From: Tubulanus polymorphus
Lineage: Eukaryota > Animalia > Nemertea
Direction of reading: 5' to 3'
NCBI RefSeq assembly: GCF_964204645.1
Contig: NC_134033.1
Coordinates: 13,090,655 to 13,154,654, forward strand
DNA: 64,000 bases
Below, piece by piece: positions 24,489-36,786 of this stretch. The notes beneath the pieces were generated by a model. It worked only from the letters and a program-made list of their open reading frames with translations. It made no database searches and was not told where the DNA came from. Every line of letters starts with the position of its first letter. The first letter of the stretch is position 1. The translations under genes were made by a program, and so were the position numbers.

Positions 24489-26136
24489 CGAGGTTGTATT
24501 GACAGTGAATAATTTGTCCAGGAAGTCACTAGATAAACGAGTCGTTCGGTTTTTCGATGTCGACTTCCTCTTCGTCAGTTGCTGCGGTGCCGCGCGCCAC
24601 TTTACAAACTCTTACATGAGACGCCGAAGCATATCCTCAATAAATCTAACCAATCCCGTCAATTGGATATCTCTTCCGTTCAGGGTTGACGTAGTCGTAG
24701 AGATACCGATGCCGCGGAACGGCCTTGAAGCCGACGAAAATGAAAGATGATTCGGTGGCCGTTTTCAGTCGTTAGAAATTTGCGATCATAAAAATCAAAA
24801 ATGACGCGGAAGTCGAGATATTCCGTCAGACGAAAGAGAGAAAATTCGATCGTATTCTGTTATGTACTATTCATACTGAATTATTCTTACAGCGCGACCT
24901 CGTAAAACTCCCTTCTTCCCCCAACCGGCGTGTCACTTTTTAGGTAAGTTTACACCATCTAAACGACCTCGGGACCCACGAGAATTTTTGGAACTACGTT
25001 TAGCTTTTGAATAATGTATTTCGAACAAGGTTGTCGTTACACCTTTTTCCAATTTTTCATCAGTTCACTTGTTTACTGTGCATAAATTGTCATCTGGAAA
25101 ATGAGTATTTGACTTAATCAAGCGGTTAAACGAATGGTATATCGACAGTAAACTTGGATAGATAGATTTAAACAGTGAGGAATATTTGAAATTGTTGAGA
25201 TTGGGATAGGCGAGACATGTCACAATTAGTAAGATGACATTCGAACAGTTAAGGAAAAGAAGCGGTTAGATGTAGGTTATTGAAATTTGGACCGGTCAGA
25301 ACAGAACTCTGGAGTTCAGAGATTTAAGGCGCGATCTCACGGACACGATATGGCTCCGGTCAAACTGGCTCAGGTGAGACCCGAGACAAATTTGTCCAGT
25401 GCATGATAACACTGCGTGATCTCACGGAAATCACTTACTTGTATCAGAACGATGCTGTGGCAAATGAAGTGAGTCACCTCCAGAACCAATTAGCATTTAC
25501 GTGGAATAATTTGACACGGGCCTGCTGCTGGTGTTTGGTTGAGCCAAATTTGGATCATGTCGAGCAAGCACGGACACCATTTTTGACACCATTATGCACC
25601 AGTGTGAACAGTTGGCCCGGGCCTAATGCGGTATGGGCTAAATTTGGGCCAGGACAAAAATTCTCGACCTATCGCTACTAAGGACGTGGACAGGTTAGAT
25701 ATAGATGTATGAAATTTGGAAGGTGGATACTGATGCTCTTGACCGGACCGGTGGCATGTGTCTTCCATGAAAACATCCGACGTTTCTCGAGACGCGAGAG
25801 GAAATTATGCACCGAGTTACATGACGAGTTTCTACTTCGCGAAGCGTCGTCATCGTCGTTGTCGTCATCGTCGATTGTAACTTTGATCACGTTTGTTTCG
25901 GCGTCACTTCGGGCGTTTAACTTAATGAATACGAACAGAAGACGAAGTTGAATTGAAAATGTTCGCGATAATGACACGAACGCGATATCTAGATATCGCG
26001 TTGAGATATCGCGGTGAGAAATCGCGGTGATCGGAAATCGTAATTCGCTCGCTTCTTCGTTTCGATACCGAATAAACTTATGAATCTGTTAAATTTCTTT
26101 GGTATCGACGAAACATTGTTTATTTGTTTAGGTTAA

Positions 26137-26419
26137 CCCTTTCAGTGTGTCTACACCGCAGTGCGGTGTATGAATCGGTCATGGATTTTGCTGGTACGCC
26201 GCACTGCGGTGTATTGATGTAATTAATTTTTAGTTTTTATCTCTATACAAAGATGACAGCACCCGTCAAACATAGTGATATATTAGTACCTAACGATACA
26301 CTGCACCGCGATGTAGAGGCATTATAGTGGTATTCCCGTTATTCAACTAGGGTGGAATTTTCCCAAATTTTCACATTTTCTCCAGCACTTAGGGTATTAA
26401 TTAGTCAGCACGGAAAGGG
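26137..26419. mobile_element. piggyBac-like MITE (family B), TTAA target duplication
   Basis: TTAA|CCCTTTCAGTG...CACGGAAAGGG|TTAA. Confidence 0.88.
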
Positions 26420-28229
26420 TTAAGAGTAGAAATATTGTTGAATTTGGCATCAGCATCAATGCAGGTATCCAAAATCTTTACACATATGCCATCTGTTAGC
26501 TGAATCCGCACTTAGCCTACTATCTTGATGCTGACATGCTGTGATAGCCAATAGATGTCTATTGAGTAAAATTTGGCTTGTGCTTAAAATGTATCGTTTA
26601 CACCATTTACTTAGACACCATGAAATGATGATGTTGCATAAAATCTGAATTTGCATAAAATCTGAATTTTGCCTGCGCGATAAAAGCCTCATTGATTGAA
26701 TATTTAGTTCAGCAATCTCAGAGTTGGTGTTAGTTAAAAAAAATTGAATTTTTCTGTCGGGTACAAAGTGGTAGGTAGTTGTGCATTCTCCTCAATCATG
26801 TCAACGACCTTTCATTTCATTTTCGGAATTCTCCTATTTTTCGACATCGCGTGAAGCGCGCATCTATCTTATCATCGTGGCTGGCGGAATATTTTTAGAT
26901 AACACATCTCGACACTCGTGACTGTCTCTGACATCTGTAGGTGTGCGCGTGATTGTCGCCGCCGCGATGCTATACGAGAACCGGGGCAGTCGAGTTATTT
27001 TTAACGGAACGCGCGGCGGCAGTTTTACCGATAGTGATGACTCGTTTGATGAGAGATCGAATAATCGCTTTTAAATTGCCTCATCTCGGTCGCGATGAGC
27101 CGAACGATTTATCGGTATCTCTCCCGGTGGTTACCTGTCTACGAACGAACGATGCTTCCGCGGCAGTCAGGCTTTTTGCTTCGAGGTAGTCGTATTAAAA
27201 TATCTACAACCGCAACGGTTGGATAGTTTACGGTTCCAATGGGCTTGTGAAAGAAATTTGTAATTAGATAGATATCCCTAAGGTATATATTGATTAAAGT
27301 AGTGGTAGTTTAGAAAGGTGACTGCCTTTACAGCGATGTTTGTGACCCTCTGTAGATCTTTTTCTCGTTTAGACTCTACTGCGGCAGTGCCTTCCAAGTG
27401 CAGGCAGTCAATATACTATTCTGTCAGATCTATGACCTACACGAGGGTGGTCGGTTACTCGCTATTTTAATGATTAATCAGTTAGCAAGACATAAAAGTG
27501 GTGATTCAGTGGACAACCCGAGGTAACCGGGACTAGGTTTTCGAGGTCACTGTCGTTCGGAAATGTGTTTGACACTCTCTAGATTACTTTCTCTAACTCT
27601 GTTACTTCGTGAATGAACTCTAATGAAATAGTTCACTTTGACTCCGATTCGTTTGATCTCGCGTTGAAATTTCCAATTCGTTGAGAACAATTCCGTTTCT
27701 TCTTCGGCGATGACGCCGTCGTCGTTTAGATTTGGCATACCACGATCGTCTTAACTTCGACTCGAAATAGCGTAATCGCGTAATCAGCCGTCGCCGTGCG
27801 TCTTCGAATGACAGACGGATGGACGGATAGAGAGCGGGCGTTAATGAAATCAACGACGCGCAAAATATGGCAATAACCGCACTTAGGTCGTTTCCAAACG
27901 AAGGCATTGAGAGTCGCGAAACGCGAACTAATGGCGCGAATTGTTGACATTGTTTCTCACGCCGGATTACGCGCGACGTTTCGTAGATGCCTCAATTATT
28001 GCTACTCGCCGCGCATAGCAATCATCATTACTAATACGTGAATAGGTCTTATGAACGTATGCAACCCTCTCATTCAGAATGACAACCGCATTCTTACATC
28101 TTTTCACACGGGACCGCAACCGACTTCTGAACGACATCTTACGGTATAACTTTATTCCGGATAACCGTTTGATTTGAAATATGAGATATTTTGATTATCT
28201 CTTCAGTTGCACGCATTTGATATCTAGGA

Positions 28230-28420
28230 GATAGCTCAGTTCCAGTGCTAGACCAGTAGCTGCTATGAGATATCTCATAGTTCCAGCACTAGATTAGAGA
28301 TTTCTGAGATGTTCCATAGTTCCAGCGCTAAAACCAGTAGCCACTAGGAGATATCTCAAAATACCGAGATCTCTATGACATAGTGCTTAGTTCCAGAGCT
28401 ATACAAGTAGCTGCTACTCA
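28230..28420. repeat. Degenerate ~42-bp tandem repeat
   Basis: AGTTCCAG(C/T)GCTA..CCAGTAGC..GAGATATCTC, about 4 copies. Confidence 0.6.
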
Positions 28421-29856
28421 GATCCAGTGGGTACTGGTATAGAATTGCAACTAACCGGGTGTCCGTGTAATGCCTAATGAAAAGGTTGAACGACCTTTAT
28501 TTCGTCCCAAGCGCCTGCTGTAGGCAAAAGTGTTTTCTAATATTTGTAACGTAGTCATCAATCATGGATCATGTCGTGGCCAGCCGCGTGATTTTTATCC
28601 TTTGATTTCCGATGCGATATACTAGTGAAACCTGATTGAATTCAATTCTCGATGCGGTTCCGTTGTCGTTTGTCACAGAAGCTTATCTCCGTGTCTCATT
28701 CACTTGTAGGCTAAACTTCAATGACAGTAGTTATCGTTGGTTACTGTTTCGAATGTCGCAGCTGCCACTTCTCAGTCGTGAATGAGAACTTATCCAGTCG
28801 TTGTGTATACAATTACTTGCCTTTGATGTGGATCCAAAGCCACGATCATATGGATATAAGATTTGTTCCGGGTTAAACTTGGTTCGGATCAGACCCTTGT
28901 CGAATTTGGGCCCTTGTGTAATAGATATGATCAAAGACACTGTGAATCGCTGACTCGTTATTAAAACGCTATCAAAGTTATGCTGTGGCAAGCGAGGTGT
29001 CACTTGCAGCACCAATAAGAGTTCACCTAGGCCAAACTGGCTCGGAACAGACTCCACGTCAAACTTGGCCATTGCTTGATGAATATGATTAGAGACAGAT
29101 GTAAATCACTGACTTGTTACTAAAATGCTATCAAAACGACAGAAATGAGTTAATGAGGGGAATTGCTCCCAGGAATTTCAGGAAGCTGTTGATTTCTGTA
29201 AGGAATATCGGTGTCTTTGGAATCTCGTTTATCCGTAGCTAATGGGTTTGAATTCGGCTGTAATATAACTGTTTTTTGCGTGGCTGAGTCAGGGCGGATT
29301 CAGGCGCTATGAGGGCAAATAGGTAATTTCAAAAGTGAATTCAACTGTTTTCTGATTAAATGACAGAATTCATGCGCGTTGTTGTCGTCAGCTGCTCGTA
29401 CCGACAATAAACAACTCATCATTGAATTCGGGTTCATTTTTACTGTTACTCAGTAGGTATTTTATATTGCGTCGGTCGTCGTCGCGGTTAGCATCGCGTT
29501 ATTCGTCAATCAATAGAATCGCAGCTGGTACCGAAATAAAAACCCGACACTCGAGCAGTCGAATACGTAATGAAATCCTTCGATAGCTGTTGTGGCGGCG
29601 GTGACACTATTGAACTGGCTGGAGGGTTGAATTATTCGAAGAAAGATCGATGGAGCTTTTGTCGATTCGACTTAAATACTTGTACTTTGAATATGAGGTT
29701 AAAATTGAATAGAATTTTTTTTTTTCAGACATTTCTATGAGAAAGGCTTCAGGTTCACAATGCCGGGTTATCAATCTACATTAGCCAACTATGCTTTAGT
29801 TAGAAAACCATATTCTCATCAGAACCCGTGGGTTCAGTTTGACATCAAAGTAAAAA

Positions 29857-30166
29857 AGCCTGCGATGGTTTAGTTTTGATCGGCACTTATTGAAAACGTG
29901 AAGTGACTAGTAGTAACTAAGCCAAAAAATTTCAGTTTGACCTTTTTGTGAAACTCCAGTCCAGGGATTGTCGATATATCAGTTTAGCTTGAGCCAATTG
30001 ACTAATGAGTGATCCCTTGAGTATGAATTGATACTAGTCTAAAATACTGGCCCATAGATCAGAATGTAAAGAATGAAATGTCGAACTAAAATTTTCCATC
30101 TAGTCACCGCTAGTCACTTGATGTTTTCAATAATAAGTCCCACGATCAAAATTGAACCATTAGGCT
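29857..30166. mobile_element. MITE-like element with long imperfect terminal inverted repeats
   Basis: ATGGTTTAGTTTTGATCG..TTATTGAAAAC..AAGTGACTAG versus CTAGTCACTT..GTTTTCAATAA..CGATCAAAATTGAACCAT. Confidence 0.6.
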
Positions 30167-30219
30167 AGAAAAGTTAATACCTTGTTTCTCATTTCTGCTC
30201 AGCTTAAATGATGATCTCG

Positions 30220-30420
30220 ATGGCTGCCTATCTACCCTGCACTTCGCTTTTTTCATCTAATCATGATCGAGCTAACCATAACAAACATGGCGGTTATAGA
30301 AATGAACTGATAACAAACTTCACCGCATTTTAGAAGAGATACGCGACCGATTAGGAGAAACATGGTATCATTTTATTTTAGCCGTATGGACTCAAACATT
30401 TTCATGAAAGTGGACCCTAC
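30220..30420. repeat. Interspersed repeat (homologous to 2327-2480)
   Basis: Direct sequence similarity as above. Confidence 0.7.
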
Positions 30421-33400
30421 GTATGAACCATTTCAGTAGTCATTTAGCCATTTCAAATTTTCTAAATTTTCAATATCGAACCTTGTGTGGAGAAGGCGTG
30501 CAACTATAATCATCTATTTACCACGGCTGATTGTGGCTGTGCGAATACAAGGCAGGTATACAGCTATACGGGAGTATTCGATTCGCGGTACTTAATAAAT
30601 GAGAAGTTGAAGAAATTGCCCGGTTTCGCCGCGGTGAAAAACACGGCTAAATGAGAAAAATGACTGCGCGCGATTCGTGTTTCACGCCGAGAATAAATCA
30701 TTCTTCATTCGTCGACCGCGAAAATAACGATTAGACAACGATGACTTATGGAGAACAAATAACGACGCCAGCCATCGCGAGCGCGCGCGGCGTCGACGTT
30801 TAAACCGTCGGCAGAGTTGCGCGCGAAACCCAATTCCATCCATCCAACGATCCGATCGATCAACGCCGTCCTCAAATACGGACGGATGCAATTTATTTTC
30901 GCGTATTGCTGGTGATTATTAAGAAAAAGGTTTTTTACTCGCGGAGCCGATAAATTAGTTCATAGCTGACACTTCAGTTAGGGCGATTTTTCAGAATCGG
31001 ATGAAATCGCGATGAATCGGGAATTTAAGTAGCGAAATTCGCTTCGATGTAATTGACACTTACGAAACACGTTTGAATGAACTAAATCTACATTTTTTAG
31101 ATACACACAGTCTAAAGGATGATAGTGTCTCTCTCTGTCTGTGTTTATTGTTATTATGCTACTGCAGGATGACAATTTACCTGGAAATCAGGAAAAAGAA
31201 GGTCGTTTACGTTTTCATGAAAAATCCTAACATCAGAAATCAGAATGCAAACTAAATCACAAAAACTGTCATGTCGCAATGCTAAACCAAACAGGAGTGT
31301 CGCAATGTTGTGACTGCAAACCAGCTTATAGTTTATGAATTGATGCATGAATGACAGTAGTAATGATTTTAAGATTGTTATAGATAAATCATTAAACAGT
31401 TCCACGAAAAGGTTAGCTCGGCTAGTACTTATTCTAGGACTTAAGAACTTTGGGGTATAATCTTAATTTGATAATTTTAGTAGATAATTTTAGAATTGGG
31501 TTAAAACTGATTTTGAATCTAAGCCTTCGTTGTGCTACTCGTTCTACAACCGTTGTGAAAACTGGTCAAACTTGTAAAAACATTGATTGACTGGTCTCAA
31601 AAAAAAAAGATTGTCAAATGACTAATATATTCATGAGATCATAAACAGGCCGTAGATAGTGAAATTACGTAACTGGTCCCTAGAACAATATCCCTTGCTT
31701 TATTGAGGGATAACGTGTTGAGGATTGAACGAATTTTCATCGCCTAATCTGCTGAAATGCGTAATGCATAGCTGAATATTATGATCCCTTCTTCGCGTTT
31801 AAAAGAAATACATCTTCGAAAGCGAGACTCACTAGCGGACAAGTTTCAATCAATAAAAGCTATATTTATATACGTGTAGCTCGATACGCGTCGGTTTTTT
31901 TCGTATATTCATCTCAAATTGATTGCCGCGGTCCCGGGCCCTGTGTGAGCCGTCGGTTCATTCCCGTTCGTCATTTTATCAAGCTGATATCACGTAACGT
32001 TGTGTGACAGCGCTGAGAAACGGAAACGATATGAAGCGAAAACAACTGTTGTCGAACTGGATCCGGAGTCGACGATCGATTCCAAATACGAGAATACTAA
32101 AAACGGAACTGCACACTCGACTACGCGACTTCTATTTCAGAGCAGTTTCTAACTCAACCTCTTCTGACAATATTGAAATATTTTCTAGTTCATTTTTAAT
32201 TAAACTGAGGATTTTAGCGACAAATTGTTCTCATTTTTGGTTTAGGTGGAAACTACTACGATTCGAGTTACCAGGAGGTGCAGTGTACATCCTCCTGTGG
32301 TAGGAATTGCATTCAAACGAGATGGCATCGAGACTCGCCACCGAACAAAGACCTGCCACATTAGACCGAGTGTGCAGCTTAGACGATGTCATTATTAGCC
32401 AATTAGAAATCCTGTTTCATCTTAGCCCGGGTTTTCCCATTAATAGTTCTTCCATGAAATTCAACTCAGTGATTATACAATGAGCAATGTGAATGGTGCC
32501 GCAAGTCAATCTTGAGATTTAAGAGCTTTTTAAGTTGGATCATGATTATAAGACTGTGCTGCCCTCTAGTGTGTCAATCGTTGATGAAAGGCGAATCAAC
32601 GGGTGTGCATTTACGCGCGGCGAAGATAACGCGAAATGGAGTTTACTTCGTCTTCGGGAAAAAAATCTGACATTTCGGAGGTGAGAGGGAAAAAAGTCTT
32701 CAAAAGTAATTCAATTGGTGTCAATAGATAAATTCAGCGTGTACGCGTTCGCCTGAGGTGCGTTAATGGAGTCTCGTCTGGTTGTGCATGTGTCTATCCG
32801 TCTGTCCGTCCGTCTGTCTGTCTGTCTGCCTCGTTGATGTATCGTATCTTGACATTAGGTTGTTAGCGATGATAGTCAGTTTGACAAGCCTCGTCGATGA
32901 TGATGCAGCTTTTGCATCACGCGGCTGCCGAGTCCGCATCACGCAGCTGCTCAGTCCGTGACTACCAAGCCGTTATACCGGCCCTCATATGTTTTATTCA
33001 TCAATTGTTCCGTGGCCATCGCCAGTCGTTGGTCTTTCCTCATGCCTAAAATGAATTATTCTTTTCCTTTTACCTTCATGAAATTCTTTCTTTATTTTAC
33101 CTTCGACAAATTCTTTTCCTCATACCTACAATGAATTCTTCTAAGATCTTCCTCCGTATTAGCTAAAGGTTAACTGTATAATGATGAAGACTTATGAATC
33201 ATTTAGATATTGTCTTTCACTTACAGTGACTGTAGTCAGCCTCTCACCCTCTCCCAATCCCTATTGCCTTGCACGCCTTCTTTCTACCTTTAACTCTCAT
33301 TCTCTTTTTCCTCTATTTTCCTATCCCATTCTCTCTGTCTGTCTGTCTTTCAGCCATCTCAGCATCATATACATTTGATAAGACTCGATTGAGTGGATCG

Positions 33401-33664
33401 CGTTAAATGTTTCGTCGTCGTTGTCGAAGCTAATGGTAATTTTCGCTGATAAATTTTCGAATGACTACGACTGACGAGATGAAGAGATGAACGATTGATG
33501 AAGTGATATCGACTGTCAATGTCGTTACGCAATCTAAATTATAGTTTCCAGAATTGAACTCGGCTAAATTGTTTCTTCATCTTTTGATGATGATGAATGA
33601 AGTGCTGGTAACTGCTTTCCAGTAATCAGTTCACTGTAAAGGTGTTAAAAAGAGTTTAATGTCA

Positions 33665-33930
33665 CTCTGGATCCAGTTACACATTTATAATGTGGGCTTG
33701 TTTTAACCTTGGATCCAGTTTCACAGTGGTGCAAGTGGTCCTATTTGACAGTAAAGACTGGTCTTATTTGACTCTCCACCCAGTTCCACAGTTGTGTGGG
33801 TTTAATATGATTCTAAAGACCCAGTTCCACAGTTGTTTGAGTCTTAGTTGACTCTCAATACAAGTTAGATTTGTCTCTGATCACAGTTGCGTGGGTTAAA
33901 CATGACTCCAGTTTCACTATTTCGAGTTTA
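33665..33930. repeat. Degenerate array of the same ~40-bp CCAGTTCCACAGTTG unit
   Basis: CCCAGTTCCACAGTTGTGTGGGTTTAA copies. Confidence 0.75.
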
Positions 33931-34311
33931 ATTTCTTCAGTCTCAGTCGTTCCTGATCAGCATTTTAGTTTATGACGCTTAGCCTTCGATAAAAAAGGGC
34001 ATAGAAACATTGTTGACTAGTTTGTCATCGTAGCAACAACGAACGGAGCAACTAAAAAATTCCCCGAGTGGAATTGCTGTCAAGCGATACTGACAGCGTG
34101 GACTGTAAAACAAATTGACTCAGTTCGAAGTCTGTTGCGCAAATCTGCACGACATGTTTGCCTAGTGGACCGTGTCTCGAGAATGTTGATGAAATTTCGT
34201 TACAAAATAGTGAAGCGAATTCGAAGATACCGCGCCTTAAAAAGAAAAACCGAAGATTTTCGCGATGGGTAAAATGTGAACCGAGGCCGGTGAGAACGTC
34301 GATGAATGTTG

Positions 34312-34449
34312 GGGCCAGTTGCACAGTCGTGACTTAAGTCCAAAAGTGGTCTTAAATTTTATGACGGGTCTTAAGTTGTTACATTGGCTATAAAACTGAG
34401 TTGGTCTTAGACTGGTCTTAAGTCTAAGCTATGACTGTGCAACCGGCTA
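34312..34449. mobile_element. MITE family A copy (reverse orientation)
   Basis: GGGCCAGTTGCACAGTC...GACTGTGCAACCGGC; near reverse complement of 63878-64000. Confidence 0.85.
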
Positions 34450-34491
34450 CTGGGGCTGTTCTGGGCTCTGATGACCATCACACTCTCCGTC

Positions 34492-35049
34492 ACCTCTCTC
34501 CCTATACCTCTCTTCTCCCTCCCTATACCTCTCTTCTCCCTCCCTATACCTCTCTTCCCCCTCCCTATACCTCTCTTCTCCCTCCCTATACCTCTCTTCT
34601 CCCTCCCTATACCTCTCTTCTCCCTCCCTATACCTCTCTTCTCCCTCCCTATACCTCTCTTCTCCCTCCCTATACCTCTCTTCTCCCTCCCTATACCTCT
34701 CTTCTCCCTCCCTATACCTCTCTTCTCCCTCCCTATACCTCTCTTCTCCCTCCCTATACCTCTCTTCTCCCTCCCTATACCACTTTTCTCCCTCCCTATA
34801 CCTCTCTTCTCCCTCCCTATACCTCTCTTCTCCCTCCCTATACCTCTCTTCTCCCTCCCTATACCTCTCTTCTCCCTCCCTATACCTCTCTTCTCCCTCC
34901 CTATACCACTTTTCTCCCTCCCTTTACCTCTCTTCTCCCTCCCTATACCTCTCTTCTCCCTCCCTATACCTCTCTTCTCCCTCCCTATACCTCTCTTCTC
35001 CCTCCCTATACCTCTCTTCTCCCTCCCTATACCTCTCTTCTCCCTCTCT
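34492..35049. repeat. 21-bp pyrimidine-rich minisatellite x~26 (CCCTCCCTATACCTCTCTTCT)
   Basis: Seen directly; explains the SLLPPYT and LPIPLFS ORFs. Confidence 0.98.
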
Positions 35050-35307
35050 CACTGCGTCTTCTTCGCGTTGTCTGCGTTAAGAATCAATAGGAATTCGTAG
35101 CTGATTTTAGATTACAATTGACGCCGCGAGCGCCGGCTTTTTCGTTGTTTCCTTCGTATAACACCGCGAAAAAAAATTACCGTTTTACGGCATAAGTAGC
35201 AGCATCCCCGCGGCACGCGTATATAACACGTAGCTGCGGCGTATTAATACTCGGTATCTATCATAATATCATAGCTTCACTTATTCACAAATCAATAAAA
35301 ATACAGA

Positions 35308-35409
35308 TAGCTTTAATATATATATATATATTAAAGCTAAGATATCGGTCGGTATCTGTCTGAAAATATATATATAATATTTTCAGACAGATACCGACCG
35401 ATATCTTAG

Positions 35410-35444
<35 letters not shown>

Positions 35445-35474
35445 CTAAGATAACGGTCGGTATCTGTCTGAAAA
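35308..35474. repeat. Nested inverted triplication with (TA)n hinges
   Basis: AGCTAAGATATCGGTCGGTATCTGTCTGAAAA forward (35335), inverted (35377-35411), forward again (35443-35474). Confidence 0.95.
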
Positions 35475-36638
35475 GTAATTTTAAAGTAAGATTGTTTCGT
35501 TGATTTATCTTCGTAGCGAGCAGTCGGCGGTTCATAGACGGGTTTTAAAAAGGTTTAGTATTATAGTCTTAGTACTTATCTCTGAGTCAAAGATTTGGAA
35601 AATCCTCGCAAAAATGTGAACCCTCCGCTTGAACTCGATGTCGATGACGAAGATTAAGCAAGAAATTATGGGCTGGAATTTTGCGCTTTCAGAATTGCCC
35701 TCGTCTCTGTTCAAGGAGCTGTTAATTAAGTTGTATATGTAAACTTGTAGTTCCCAGAGGCGAGTCAGCCATCTTAACATATATCAAATACTCAATTCAG
35801 TCTATATTAGACTAATCGTGATCTCAATGTTTTTATGTATAACACAGTGACTTACAGTGACTTAAACCACTCAACCACTCGAGGCAATTATAGTAGATTT
35901 GAGGGTTCTTTCGCGCAAATAGCTGCGTTAGTAGAGACTGAGAAGAGCCGTTTACTCGTGTGTCTCGAGGATTCAGACTCAGTAGATGAGTGACCAGTGG
36001 CTTAAAAACACTCAGGATAAGTAGGTTTGAGGGTTGTTTTGCTAATTATGTAATTGCTACATCGTCGAAAGGCCGCTGCTTAGTTAGTCCCTGAGAGTAG
36101 AGAACCAGTACCATAAGCGAGGGTATGTACGATATCTTCGGGCAAACTGGAAGTGTGGTTGAAATTAATTCGGACTGGCTCATCACGCTGGCCTCATCTG
36201 TTGCATCCACGGGTCTATTCATGCTTTGATTAATTGCGATATTTTTCATCTCGGCGATCCCGGGCACTGCGACCGCCGCCAACGCCGCGACGCCGCCACC
36301 GCCGTCAATGGCTGAATAGACCGCGACGACAATAACCGTTTGTGAATAGGAGAATTGTGCTCGTCGCGCGGACAGTAGTAATTAGTCAGTAGTAGACCGA
36401 GAGAGAGAGACAGAGACAGAAAGATGAGGTTTTAGAAGTTAATTAGCGACTGTGCTAATGGGCAGCAGTAGCCAAACCACTAGAACTATACACAAGACTA
36501 CACGAGCCAAGAGACTCTAGAATGCTGGCTGTTTGCACCCAGGACCCTGGTTCAACTGGTCTAGATTGAGTTTGAGTTAGAATCAGTTGAAGCAAAGCCT
36601 TGTTGTAAACCAGATGTCGCTGATCAGTAAAACTCTTT

Positions 36639-36786
36639 CAGTGGAACCTCATTACAACAAACTTATTCAATTTGTTTGTTATATCCAGTATAAGATTATA
36701 GAAATCTTCCTATTTTGGACAATATTCTAGGTTTGTGATAACCGTTAAATCGTTTTATCCAAGTTAGTTATAATGAGGTTCCACTG
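36639..36786. mobile_element. pogo/Tigger-like (Tc1/mariner superfamily) MITE
   Basis: TIR CAGTGGAACCTCATTA(C/T)AAC / GTTATAATGAGGTTCCACTG; TA flanks degenerate (TT/CA). Confidence 0.7.

Noticed and set aside
30061-30080. miR-1-like string GAATGTAAAGAA (and miR-124 seed-like TAAGGCACG at ~22670)
   Set aside because: Partial matches inside repeats, with no full mature sequence or pre-miRNA hairpin.
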